DNA of 63,930 bases, the filler included, from Trypethelium eluteriae (taxonomy: Eukaryota), in the NCBI GenBank assembly GCA_051942245.1. It is 3 parts of 3 records of this genome, joined end to end, with 100 filler letters (N's around TTAATTAATTAA, not from the genome) between each part and the next. Parts side by side here need not be neighbours in the genome. Positions count along the whole stretch, not along the records: positions 43,726 to 63,930 come from JAVECL010000501.1; 2 more parts are not named here. One strand, given 5' to 3'. Below the pieces are notes generated by a model. It saw only the letters and a list, made by a program, of their open reading frames with translations. It had not been told where the DNA came from and made no database searches. Of this stretch, positions 51,064 to 62,684 are shown piece by piece. The position numbers and the translations under genes are program-made. Every line of letters starts with the position of its first letter. Position 1 is the first letter of the stretch.

Positions 51064-52366
51064 ATGGCCGTTGGAAGCATGAGTGGTGAGTATATGGAGG
51101 CTGAGTCTGCCTGTCCCTATCTGATGGGAGATAGACACGAAGTCGACTGTGACTTTGCATTCCAAATCCTATGCACTCCCAGAAAGACCAACGGTCGTCG
51201 TTTGCGTAGATGGCTTCGATCCCGAATATCTTGAAAAGGGCATTGCCGATGAGCTGATGCCCAATTGCAAGAAATTCCTCGAAACTGGCTTTCACGTCAC
51301 GGCCAACGCCGCCATGCCGACATTTACAAATCCTAATAACACCTCCATCATCACAGGTGTTCCCACTGCAGTCCATGGCATATCAGGAAACTTCTATCTG
51401 GACCGCGAGACAGGCAAAGAGATCATGGTTACGGATGCGTCCCTTCTCCGCGGTTCGACCATTTTGGCTGAGATGTCAAAGCGAGGTATCCACGTAGCTG
51501 CTATCACCGCTAAAGACAAGCTGCGTCGCCTCCTCGATTGTGGACTTGAGAATGCTATCTGCTTCTCTTCAGAGTATGCTGCCAACTGCACGCTGGCCGA
51601 AAATGGAATCGAGAATGTGGAGTCCTGGATTGGTCGACCGGCACCAAGCCAATACTCTGCAGACCTTTCTCTGTATGTCATAGACGCTGGAGTCAAACTC
51701 CTCGAAGAGAGGCGCGCTGATCTGCTCTACCTGACGCTTTCGGACTATGTCCAACACAAATACGCACCCAGGACTCCAGAAGCGAACGAATTCCTTGCTG
51801 CGCTCGATATGCGTCTCGGAAAGTTAGCGGACATGGGTGCCGTGGTAGCGGTGACTGGTGATCATGGGATGAGTGATAAATCTAATGACGATGGTAGTCC
51901 AAATGCTCTATTCTTACAGGACGAGCTCGAGTCTCGGTTTGGTGCCGATTGTGCGCGGGTAATGTGTCCCATCACAGACCCTTTCGTCAAGCACCACGGC
52001 GCACTCGGCTCCTTCGTGAGAGTCCATGTTCGTCAATCGTGTGACATCCCGGCGATGATGAACCTTTGCAAGACGTTTCCACAGGTGGAGCTTGTGCTAA
52101 CCGGGACAGAGGCGGCAGCAAAATTTGAGATGCCCTTGGACCGAGAAGGCGATTTTGCCGTTGTCTCAACAGGAAATGCAACTATTGGGGCCAAGCAAAC
52201 TGAACACGACTTGACGCAGCTCGGTGCTCACCGATTGAGATCTCATGGGGGCTTATCAGAGCAGCCAGTGCCTTTAATCTTGTCCAAGCCAGTGCGCGAT
52301 GCTGGAGTAGCTCTTAAGAAGGATTGGAGGAATTTCGATATATTTGATCTGGCCTTAAACTGGTAA
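51064..52366 (+). CDS. phnA: Phosphonoacetate hydrolase (alkaline phosphatase superfamily)
   Basis: Exon 51064-51085, intron 51086-51134, then the main exon. Motifs VVVCVDG, MPTFTNPNN (Thr nucleophile), HGISGN, TAKDKLR, SDYVQHK, TGDHGM, PITDPFVKHHGALGS and LRSHGG. Confidence 0.93.
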
Positions 52367-53519
52367 GCGGAGGGCAAGCGGCCAGGAAAATTGTAAGCTA
52401 CTATGCAAGTCAGTAGTGTAGAAACAGGAGTTGTTTATTTCTGCCAGTACGTTAACCGGATGTCATTAGTAATTGTTGATGACCAAGCTCTATTTGGTGC
52501 AATGACCAATTAAGGAAAGGCTCCTGTCCAGGGGCTGGTTCTCCCGATTTCCCCCCCAAAAGCACAGCACATAGCAGAGGGTCAAATTTTTTTGCAATCC
52601 GGCGCCGATGGTTGGAATCTGCAGGTCTCAAGATCCTCCTCGCTCGTCCGCGGATACCATATTTCATACCTTCCATGAGGTCAAACGAGTGTCGCGGCGA
52701 AAGGTAGAGATGGTTTTGGGTCGGTGACCAGATTCCTGTTGGTCAAAATGGCTTCTCCGCAGTTTGTCTCTTGATGCAAGTGAGGCCAGTTCTATACACT
52801 GCGATGATATTTTCTATTTATTACTCTTTTTTCTGAATAGTTATAAAGATCGGTATTTTAGTTATCTTCTGACTGCTATAAGAAGCAGTACTTAGAAGGT
52901 TATAATCAGTAGTTCTCCAGTCGCTGTAAGCGCCCGTTGCTCATTCGCTTCACCTTGTTATATTATGGCTAGGATAAGCCATTTTTTAATTCAGTCATTA
53001 TAATCTCTCCTTGCTTCATAGAAGATCTTGAGCCCAACGCACGGGCTTCTTTTCTACCGCTGCCCCGGCAACCCCTATCGCGCGGTGCCAAGCACTCAAC
53101 ATCCTTTGGCATCGATATTAATTGGTGTTTTGTTAGCCAGACTACAGCTAGCACAGAACAATAGAAGATCTTGACTACCTAGATAGCCAACGTTGGTATT
53201 CCGAAAGTCGTCACAATCGATCATAGCGAAGGATTTACGTATGTCATTGCAGCTTATGAATTCGATTAGTATTCGAGGCTTAGGGATCTCGATTTATAAG
53301 CGCTGCCAGTGAAGGATAATTGCAATATATCGACGGAGATAGCCCCTTTCTTATACGAAAGTACCATGTTGATGCTAATAATTCCATCCAGGTATGTTAA
53401 AGCAGCAAGAGCTTTATTGAGATTATCAAGCACGGCAGGTTGGTGATCTCGTATAAAATGAAGAATCTCTTTGATCTTGAAATCCCTCAGTGAACCAGTC
53501 GATTCTTCTAGTTCTCATC

Positions 53520-54910
53520 ATGCTGTACCTTGCAATCCTCTGCCTTGCAACTTGCATTGCTAGTTCTTCAACCCATGCACGAGGAGAGTGGGAAGATGGA
53601 TTGAACTTCAGGTTTCCAAATGTCACATCCCCACAGCCCTTCAATATTTCCGTTGAACCAGCCTTCGTTAACGAGACTCTCACAAAAGTCTCGCTGTACC
53701 GTCCATCCCGAGATATATTTTCTACGTGGACAAATGAGGGTCCGGCCAGGGCTAATATTACCGAGTTAGCTAGCTATTGGGCCACAGACTACGACTGGTT
53801 CCACGTGCAAGACCAGATCAACTCAAACTTCTCGCACTACGCTACATCCGTAACGGGGATTGAGAACTACACAGCGCCTGTGCCTCTACATTTCGTACAC
53901 GAGCGCTCGGCGGACCCGGACGCGATCCCTCTATTGCTACTACACGGCTGGCCATCCACACATCTCGAATGGCAGAAGGTCATCAAACCACTGTCATCTC
54001 AAGCAGGCAATGTGTCTTTCCACGTTGTTGCTCCAGATCTTCCGGGCTATGGCTTCAGTCCAGCGCCAACGCAGCCGATGACCGTTCAATCCATGGGTTA
54101 CGCAATGGATGCGCTCATGCGACAGCTCGGTTACGACAAGTATGGCATCGTTAGCACCGATCTTGGCTGGTTCGTTGGTCTCTGGATGGTCGCCGATGTT
54201 GGAAGCAATGTCATTGGGCACTTTTCCGATTTTTGGTTCATCCAACCCAATGCCACGGACTTGGCCCGTTTTGCGAACAACGAAACCACGCCTGAAGAAA
54301 CTGACTACATAAACACACTTAACGCATGGACCGCTTCCCATGAGGCATACCTCCTTACGCATTCCACAAAGCCGTTAGCTATTTCGCTGGCAATGTCGGA
54401 CAGTCCAGTTGGGTTTGCTGGATGGGCATGGGATTTGATCCGCACTGTGAGCGGTGGATACGTGTATGAAACGGCCGATATCATTACATCGACCATGATG
54501 CTCTATATACAGGGAACGCATGGCAACATTCGACTTTACTTAGAAGCTTTCAAGGTGAGTTCCAGATTTCTTCCCTGGCACCTAAAGCTGCTACTCTCGA
54601 TACTGACTGCCAACTATCAGCCTTCGATCCAAGCGTGGCCTGCGACCACAATACCGACCGCTGTTAGCGAGTGGAGTTGGGCCGGCGGCCCCTTTCCAGA
54701 GCTTGCTAACGCAGCCGCGGTAAGCTTGGACTGTCTGTGACATTATGACCTTTTATTCTGACTCTCCGGCAGCCTCTCAGCTGGGCCCAAAGAACGGCCA
54801 ATGTCACCTTCTATAATCACCATGATTCCGGAGGGCACTTTCCCGCGATTTCAGAGACAGACGCTTGGATAGAGGATCTTCAAGCATTCTTTTCACAAAT
54901 TGTATCATAG
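53520..54910 (+). CDS. Epoxide hydrolase (EHN + alpha/beta hydrolase) with N-terminal signal peptide
   Basis: MLYLAILCLATCIASS signal, YWATDYDW, LHFVH, LLLLHGWP, PDLPGYGFS, nucleophile TDLG, DSPVG and final-exon GGHFPA. Introns at about 54555-54620 and 54720-54772. Confidence 0.88.
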
Positions 54911-55452
54911 TAGGTTCAAAGACATCAAATAATGTCCGAGAATTGTCTTCAGGAGCAACAGCATTCTGGTCACCAGCCACCTACTTATTGATCAGCCACC
55001 TGGATATCGACCAACTACTTGGTGGGAAGCTGGGGAGATAGCAAATACAAATAGGAGAGCGGGATGGTGCAATGGAAGTCGACAAGATACTAAGCACTGC
55101 CTCTGCACTCAAGGCTTTACTGAACTACCAAAATCATCAATATCCAGGAATAGCTGAAAGTTCACCCCTGGATCTCGAAGTCTGCATAGAACAGTATTTG
55201 AAGCAAGATCAATAATCAAATCGTTGAAGTCGGGTTATGCTTAGGTGAGTAATTGTATGAGCGACGCCTTCGGAGTCATAGTCTCACCGGTATTTGGAAT
55301 GGACACCAAGGAGTTGCCTAGGAAATAGTGCCACCTACTTAAAATCATCGACCCCGCAATGCCCAAAATCTTAGGGTTGTTTTATATAATAAATGCAGTA
55401 ATGCTGTCATCTCCGCGAGTTCATATTCTGACTACGTACTCATAATTCCGCC

Positions 55453-56277
55453 ATGATCAAGTCAAGAGACACAATCACGACAGGCGACGGGTCAATCCTC
55501 CACTACGAGATCCACGGTACACCTTCCGCCTCCCACCCTTCCCTAGTCTTCCTTCACTACTACGGAGGCTCCCCCACCACTTTTGCGCCGCTCCTCTCCC
55601 AACTCCACCTTCAATCCTTCCACAAAGTCCTCTACCACGCCCGCGGCTGGTCACCCAGCACCGGGCCCGCCGACCCAACCGCATATGGCATCTCCACCAT
55701 GTCCGCCGACCTCTCCACCATCCTCTCCCACACCGGCGTCGCTGACCACAGTGCTGGTTTCATCCTCATCGGCCACTCCATGGGCGCCAAAGTCGCGCAA
55801 CACTACGCCGCCACCGCCGCATCACCCGCGCTCCGAGGCCTGCTCCTTGTAGCGCCCGCTCCCCTCCATGGATTGAGCCTACCGCCCGAAGCCAAGGCGC
55901 AGCAGCGCGCCGCGTATCAGAGCGCTGAGGGTGTGAGGTTCGTGCTCGACAATGTCCTCACTGCGGGACCGGGGACGTTGGGAAAGGACGTCGTGGAGCA
56001 GTGCGTCAGAGATTCGATGCGTGGGAATGAGGTGGCGACGGCGGCGTGGCCGGAGTATGCGGCGGGGGAGGAGTATGCGGAGCTGCAGGAGGGGGTGCGC
56101 GTGCCGGTGGTGGTGCTTCGGGGTGATAAGGACTTCGAGCGGGAGGTGGTTGGAGAGCTGGGCGTTGAGCAGGGATGGGTTAATAGGACGGTGGAGGACT
56201 GCGGGCATTTGATTCCGCTTGAGAAGCCGGAGAGATTGGGGAAGGAGGTGTTGGATTTTGTGGAGCGGATCTCTTAG
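55453..56277 (+). CDS. Alpha/beta-fold hydrolase
   Basis: LVFLHYYGGS, RGW..S, GHSMG, RGDKD and CGHLIPLEKP; single exon, 274 aa. Confidence 0.9.
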   Translation: MIKSRDTITTGDGSILHYEIHGTPSASHPSLVFLHYYGGSPTTFAPLLSQLHLQSFHKVLYHARGWSPSTGPADPTAYGISTMSADLSTILSHTGVADHSAGFILIGHSMGAKVAQHYAATAASPALRGLLLVAPAPLHGLSLPPEAKAQQRAAYQSAEGVRFVLDNVLTAGPGTLGKDVVEQCVRDSMRGNEVATAAWPEYAAGEEYAELQEGVRVPVVVLRGDKDFEREVVGELGVEQGWVNRTVEDCGHLIPLEKPERLGKEVLDFVERIS

Positions 56278-56550
56278 TTGCTCTTCACTGGAGGGGAACA
56301 GATGAGGGTGAGGAGACTGAGACAAAGGCTTTCGCTGTTGCAAATCCGGACCAGTTCGAAGAGAACTCCGGCCGGTGCCGCGATTGATGAGTTTCGGGTT
56401 CGAGTAAGCCAAAATTTCCAGCGTCAGTTAACAAACCCGCAGTCAGGTATATCTTCTGATGTTCTCTAACGAAGCTGTGATGGTCTGATTCTTCCGCGGA
56501 CCTTTCCTGATGATGAACAGCATGGATAGAGGACAAAGTCTTTGGAAATG

Positions 56551-56735
56551 TACCTTACCGCGGCTGGGGGGTTCCTCAACTGGTAATTAATACAATGTTA
56601 TTTCGAATTTACTGTTATGACCCTGTTGGCCCATGTTAACGCTCCCTTAACATGCGCCAACATGGTCATAACATTTAAACTGAGGTAACATTGAACTAAT
56701 TAACAGTTGAGCAACCCCCCAGTCGTGGTAAGGTA
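56551..56735. repeat. 185-bp foldback (two 89-bp arms, 7-nt loop), MITE-like, TA at both ends
   Basis: Arm 56551-56639 versus the reverse complement of 56647-56735: 74/89 identical by manual alignment, no indels. Ends are TA-CCTTACC...GGTAAGG-TA. Confidence 0.92.
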
Positions 56736-56768
56736 GTCATACTGGAGGGTACTTTCGGGTTAGACGTA

Positions 56769-57913
56769 TTAAGTAGAGAGTCCCGGCCAATCTGACGGCG
56801 GTCAGCAGGTTTCTCATGCCCACAGATTCAATGATACATACCGAATCTCGTCCTTTCAGCGTTCCTCTTCGTAACAATAGCCTCATCACCGACCTCTATT
56901 ACTTGGCCATCATTGTCCGGATACAGATATGCATACCTACCAAATATCGGGCTCCATTTAGCACCTGGGTCTACCCTCCTATCTTTCATAAGTTTCTTAA
57001 GCATGGTCCCAGACTCTCCTGTGCCAGGCTTTCCAGTATTATAGTCAACGTTGATACTTGAGCAGCGTCCGCAGTTGTGAAGTAATTTGAGGTTTGCATC
57101 ACCAATGGACATCTCACCCCAGAAATCTTCTTCCCATTCTTCCTCAGCACCTTCAAGAATGATATTCGGGCGGAATTTCGTTATGTCCATTTCCTCGCCA
57201 TCTGGCAGTCGCGCGGAAACATTCCGCAAAGACGTCTTGGAGACCACAAGGAAAGGAGCGCAATCGGCAAAGGAAAGCTTCTCCTCCTCGTCCTTACCCC
57301 AGCCGAAGGGAAGAATAGTGCTGGTGATTGAAGACATCCAGGATTTGTTCGACTGACCGTCTGTAAGACCCGGAAAGAGGGCTCGACGACGGTTGGTCCC
57401 AAGGAAGACAAATATAACTTCAAATCCAAACCACTTCGAGAACCACTTGTTGTAGTGCACGCCCATATTGTATGCCTGGGTCGGGCTGTGATGGAGATCG
57501 ACATCCAACACATCAAGACGCCTAGTCTCTGGGATCAAAGGGACCTCAATTGTTTCCCTTGGTCCATTGTTTGGCTCATGATGGGTCACAAACAGTTTTC
57601 CGGAAGGATCTTTCTCATCGGGATATTCTATATCGGTGTAGAACAAGCACATACCCGTAAACTCTGAGACCTGCATTTTTTCATATCGAACGCCCGTATC
57701 CTCACGATGAACCTTGTACAACATAAATCTTCGATCAAAGGGGAATCCTAGGCGGGCAATTTCAGACCGCGAGAGAGCGATGCCCCGTAGGGACTTGATA
57801 GGGTAAATGTAAAGCTTTTGACCGGGTTGGCATCATTATTTCAGGAAGGGGTTAAAAGGACTTCGCGAGTGAATAGAGATTTAGTGGTCGAGACATACCT
57901 CGCTAACCTTCAT
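56769..57913 (-). CDS. MOSC-domain (molybdenum cofactor sulfurase C-terminal / mARC-like) protein
   Basis: MKVSE, intron 57898-57815, then LYIYPIKSLRG, FDRRFML, SFADCAPFL, KFRPNII, EEDFW and CGRCSSINVD. A last intron precedes DWPGLST-stop. Confidence 0.9.
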
Positions 57914-59034
57914 GATGTTTCAGAAACCCTGACAGTTAAGGGATAGCAGCAAGCACACGGGAGAAATTAGTACTGGGGGTATCTTGATACTCTTGCCATT
58001 GTGTTAAGAGAGGAGTAGATTCCTCTTTACTTATGAGCGACGGTATGACTCTACTCCGCAAACCCTAGAAGACCTTGACAGGGTCTTTGAGCTGCAAGGC
58101 GTGGAGATTATCCACATAACCCCGCATCAATGGTCAGAATTGCGTCGGTTAGCTAGCGTAGTGCGATAAAGCCACTGACCTGTGTGGCTGTTTCGTGGGC
58201 AGAAGTTAGAGTACAACGCGGTCTTTCCTAAGCGCAGAAGCCAACCCATACCGTATCGTGGTTCTCATCTCCACGTTCCATCGTCATGATTTCGCCAAAA
58301 GTACACGCGCAAAGAACAGAGTCGAAGCCTTGGATCATTCTGTTGCTGCCAAAAAGTGCTTGGACGAGAAGGTCGATGACATCAAGAGGATATTGCTTTT
58401 CTATGCACTTTTGTGCCACCTGAAATCCTTCTTGTGCCGTTGGAAGATACTGCCACGTTATCAGGATGTCATGAATCAAATCCGGAGAACCCACAAGTGC
58501 AAATCTCAGAAGTGTAATGATCTATTATGAATGTTCTAGAAAATGTCGGACTGCTTGCAATAGCTCGACAAGGTTCGGCGCGCTGACAGACGTACAAGCT
58601 TCCGTCGAATTTGTCCTTGTTCGCTCCTTATTCCACGTTCTGCAGTTTTTTGAAGGCGAAGATCATGTCACCGATTGACATTTACAGCCCTACCTAGGGA
58701 TCATCATGAGTTGAGAATGCCACTTATGCGGCGCATGTGGATTCACAGTGAGCGGCATCAGATCAGCGATGATCTTGTTGCAAAGGTAGAGACCATGCCC
58801 TGCGGCGAAGACTTCTAGACGTATGCCTTGTAGCTTCTGACCATGACGCTTGAAACACCGACGTACATATCATGGTAAGTGCGACCTCCTGGTATAGTCA
58901 TCTCGGATTCTCGTCTTTACCTTCTGTTTGAGCAGACCTTAGACATTTTAATACATGGGCTCGTTGCTTCTACTGGTATAGAAGTATATTTCGCGCTTCT
59001 TATTCCCTTCAATCTGAATCTCATCGATACCAAG

Positions 59035-59526
59035 ATGAAATATTTTCCTATCTTCACCATTCTTTCTGCTGTCACCACTGTCAGTGCGGTACCGCACAAC
59101 AAATCCAGGTCGCCGTTCGATGATTTCGCCTCGGATGTTTCGACAGTCTTCCCCATAGCTAGCGCCGAAGCTTCATCGTTGCTCAATAGCATGGCTAACG
59201 ACGAACGAAAGAATCAGAGCAAGACTTTGGGCACTTACATTCCCTCAACTTATAACCCCGGTGCCCATCCCTCGGTTTGGACTGGTACCTTTTCGAAAGA
59301 ACATACAACAATTACCGTGACAGACAATGGCAATCAGATCATAACTGGATCAACACAGCTATATACGACGATTACTGCGATAAATGGGCAGTTTTCGGGC
59401 ACCTACACTGAACCAATAATTTCGGGAGTTGCAGGTGGGCCAGGAGGCGGGATCATGACGGCCCAGGGGAGTCCACCCACGACTGTACCCACAGTCCCTA
59501 TGGAGAGTGGGACTTCGACGGCATAA
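59035..59526 (+). CDS. Small secreted Thr/Ser/Gly-rich hypothetical protein (163 aa)
   Basis: Signal peptide MKYFPIFTILSAVTTVSA; low-complexity T/G-rich body with no Cys. Confidence 0.6.
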   Translation: MKYFPIFTILSAVTTVSAVPHNKSRSPFDDFASDVSTVFPIASAEASSLLNSMANDERKNQSKTLGTYIPSTYNPGAHPSVWTGTFSKEHTTITVTDNGNQIITGSTQLYTTITAINGQFSGTYTEPIISGVAGGPGGGIMTAQGSPPTTVPTVPMESGTSTA

Positions 59527-60105
59527 GACTATCCAGGCTTCTTGATGCTCACTTTAAACGCTGACGTGCAAAACTTGTGGTCGACCCGAGTAATGGAAAA
59601 GAGTGAGGGAATTACGCGTATGTCCTGTAGGGATAGAATTGGAATTTATCCACATAGTCTGTGAGGCAGAGTAGATGAGCTCGGAGCTCGCCTAGAGAAA
59701 AATTCATATCCATGACAGCTTCAGCTTGTTATTGTGTGAGAACCAGTGGCTGATGATGCCTGATGGTGGCTGATGGCCTGACCGCCTTTCGAGCAACTTG
59801 TCTGTGCGCTTGGACAGAATCTCGAAACGAAACGCCAACCAAGTCCCTCAATCTTCTCAAGTCCTCTGCACTTCAACTCTCCAGCTGCTCGCGCACTTCA
59901 ATCCCTCTCGTGGTGACTTTCACTATTCACTACGGGCCATACGTGTGCCTTCCTGTCAAGTCAGCCTCCGCCTTTCCCACACCTCGTCTGCGCGACCCAG
60001 GAACAAAGAAATCCCTTGTAAGACGTGTAAGCCCCAAAAGCACCAAACATCAAGGTCTCCTGAACGCACCGATTACTCTGTGTCGCTCCGTGACTTTCGC
60101 TAGTC

Positions 60106-62684
60106 ATGGCAGAACCCACGCAACTTGCCTGTAAGTCGTCTCTTTTGCAAGGCTTCGAGTCCTGTAGTCTTCCAACTTGATATTAATTTGTATTCTCTGC
60201 AATAGATAGGACCCTCAAGGGCATTGGCATTTTCAATGCGGCTCCTGTGTATGAAGGACTTCCCGGGTTTCAAAGGCAAGCTACTTCTACCTTTCTCAAA
60301 CGCATTGATCTTCTCCCATACCAAAAACCGTCGAATAACCAGCTGACGCTTTGTCTAAGTAAAAGGCCAGAAGGCAACCTCCGCTGTTGTGTCTACTCTC
60401 CAGATGGCCGATTTTTCGCATGGGCGTCTCCTGAACAGTAAGAACAAAACCATAATGCGAATTGGAGGCCGATGCTGACATGTACAAACCCAGAGTCTCG
60501 GTCGTCGACGCATCAACAGGCTATCTCGTGACTAACCTTCCCGCCGAAAACGTGTACGAACTCGGGTTCTCTCCACTTGGGACATTCATCATCACTTGGC
60601 AAAGACCCAGTAAGGATGGGGAGGGTAACGCCGTCAAGAATCTCAAGGTCTGGCGAACTATCGATGATAACGCTGGCGCCGGGGGGCAGCGAAGTGTCGT
60701 CGGTCAATTCGTCCAAAAATCTCAAACCGGCTGGAACCTGCAATACACGTCTGATGAGCAGTACTGCGCTCGCTGCGTCACGAATGAGATCCAATTCTAT
60801 CAAAGTGGCGATTTAGGAACGGTGTGGAACAAGTTAAGGGTTGAAGGAGTTTCGGATTTTGCAGTAGCTCCTGGCAGCGACCATTCCGTTGCCGTCTTCA
60901 TTCCAGAACGAAAGGTCTGAAGCCAACGTCAAATCCATGACATAGCCAGACTGAGACAACTGACTTGAATATCTCAGGGCCAACCCGCTGCCGTCAAAGT
61001 TTACAAGATACCTCAGTTCGATACGGCGCTTTCTCAAAAGACATTCTACAAAGGTGACAAGGTTCAGTTCAAGTGGAATGACCTTGGCACAAGTGTCATC
61101 GTCCTCGCACAGACCGAAGTCGATAAAACGAACAAATCTTATTATGGGGAGACTAACATGTACATTCTAAGCGCTAGTGGCGGCTTTGACTCTCGCATTC
61201 ATCTTGGTGAGCAAAGCCACTCTGGGTTTGAATTCATAGTACGCTGATTTCGACTAGATAAGGAGGGTCCTATTCACGATGTTGCATGGTCACCTAATTC
61301 CAAGGAATTCGGCGTTGTATATGGTTACATGCCCGCCAAAGCTACTATTTTTAACGCTAAGGCTGTTGCTACTCATGACTTTAGCTTAAAACCGAGGAAC
61401 ACCATTCTTTTCTCTCCTCATGGACGATTTGTACTTGTCGCTGGTTTCGGGAATTTAGCCGGACAGATGGATATCTACGACCTCGAGAAAGACTACAACA
61501 AAGTGTGCACTATTGAAGCCAGTAATGCAAGTGTCTGCGAATGGAGTCCTGATAGCAGGCACGTTCTTACCGCAACTACCAGCCCACGACTTCGTGTGGA
61601 TAATGGGGTCCGGCTTTGGCATGTTGGCGGAGGTATTATGTACAACGAGGATATGACTGAACTCTACCACGTATGTTGGCGTCCGCAGTCGCCTACAAAG
61701 CATCCATTGGAGAATCCTCTTGACCCTATCCCAACTCCACACGCATCGGCTATTGATTACCTTGGTAGGGTCAAGACTCCTTCTAAACCTGCAGGCGCGT
61801 ATCGACCTCCTGGAGCGAGAGGAACTACAACGCCTTTACATTTCAAGCGTGAGGATGAAGGAGGGGCTGCTTTTGTAAACAATGGAATATCCTCTACAAG
61901 CGGCGGGATCAATGGATTTGGCAAGCCGCGCAGGCGTGAAGTTCCAGGAGCGGAGGCCGCGGAACCGAATCTGCCACCAGGTGCTTCAGCAGAAGGTGGC
62001 GTCAGTCTTGCGGGCACGGGCGAGGGCAAGGACGAGGCGAACTTGAGCAAAGCGGCCATGAAGAACAAGAAGAAGCGGGAGGCCAAAAAAGCAAAGGAAG
62101 CTGAGCAGAAAGCCACTGCGCTGGTTGCAGGTGAAGGGGAGGCTGTGAATGGGACCGGCAATCATGGCGTCCCAGGACGCAGCCCAGAAAGAGGCCACAG
62201 CCGAAACAGGTCACATGGAGAAAATTTTCGAAGTAGAAATCAGAGTCAGAAGAGAGGTCAGTCAGAGGGTCCTGATGGGCAAAGAAGAGACCAAAGCAGG
62301 AGGCGAAATCAATCTCAAAGACGGGACCAGTCCCGAAAGAGGGACGATGGCCGTGCGACAGGACCAAAGATCAATACGCGGGCTGCAAATCAGAGTATCT
62401 CCGATGGCAATGGTGTTCCAGCCAATTCGAAGATTCCCCAGGGATCGAAGCCTGCACCGGGACCGTCTGCAGTGCCCGCAGCACCTGATCTTACCGTGAC
62501 AAGCCCAGGCGGTGGGAGTCCAGAAGAGAAAAGGGTGCGAGCTCTGCTAAAGAAGTTGCGTGCGATCGATGACCTCAAGATGCGAGTTGCTGCGAGTGAG
62601 AAGCTAGAGAATACGCAGCTGCAGAAGATTCAAACGGAAGATGGAGTGAGGAAAGAACTGGCGAAATTGGGTGTTCAAGAATGA
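60106..62684 (+). CDS. eIF2A: Eukaryotic translation initiation factor 2A
   Basis: Spliced MAEPTQLA|YRTLKG...PEGNLRCCVYSPDG. Motifs QTEVDKTNKSYYGETN, EGPIHDVAWSP, YGYMPAK, AGFGNLAG, TATTSPRLRVDNG and AYRPPGARG, with C-terminal KKLRAIDDLK. Confidence 0.95.

Noticed and set aside
51064..52366. phnA as bacterial contamination
   Set aside because: It has a GT-AG intron with branch site and is contiguous with intron-rich fungal genes.
58228..58530. Overlapping 88-90 aa ORFs upstream of MOSC
   Set aside because: No family motifs or consistent coding signal.
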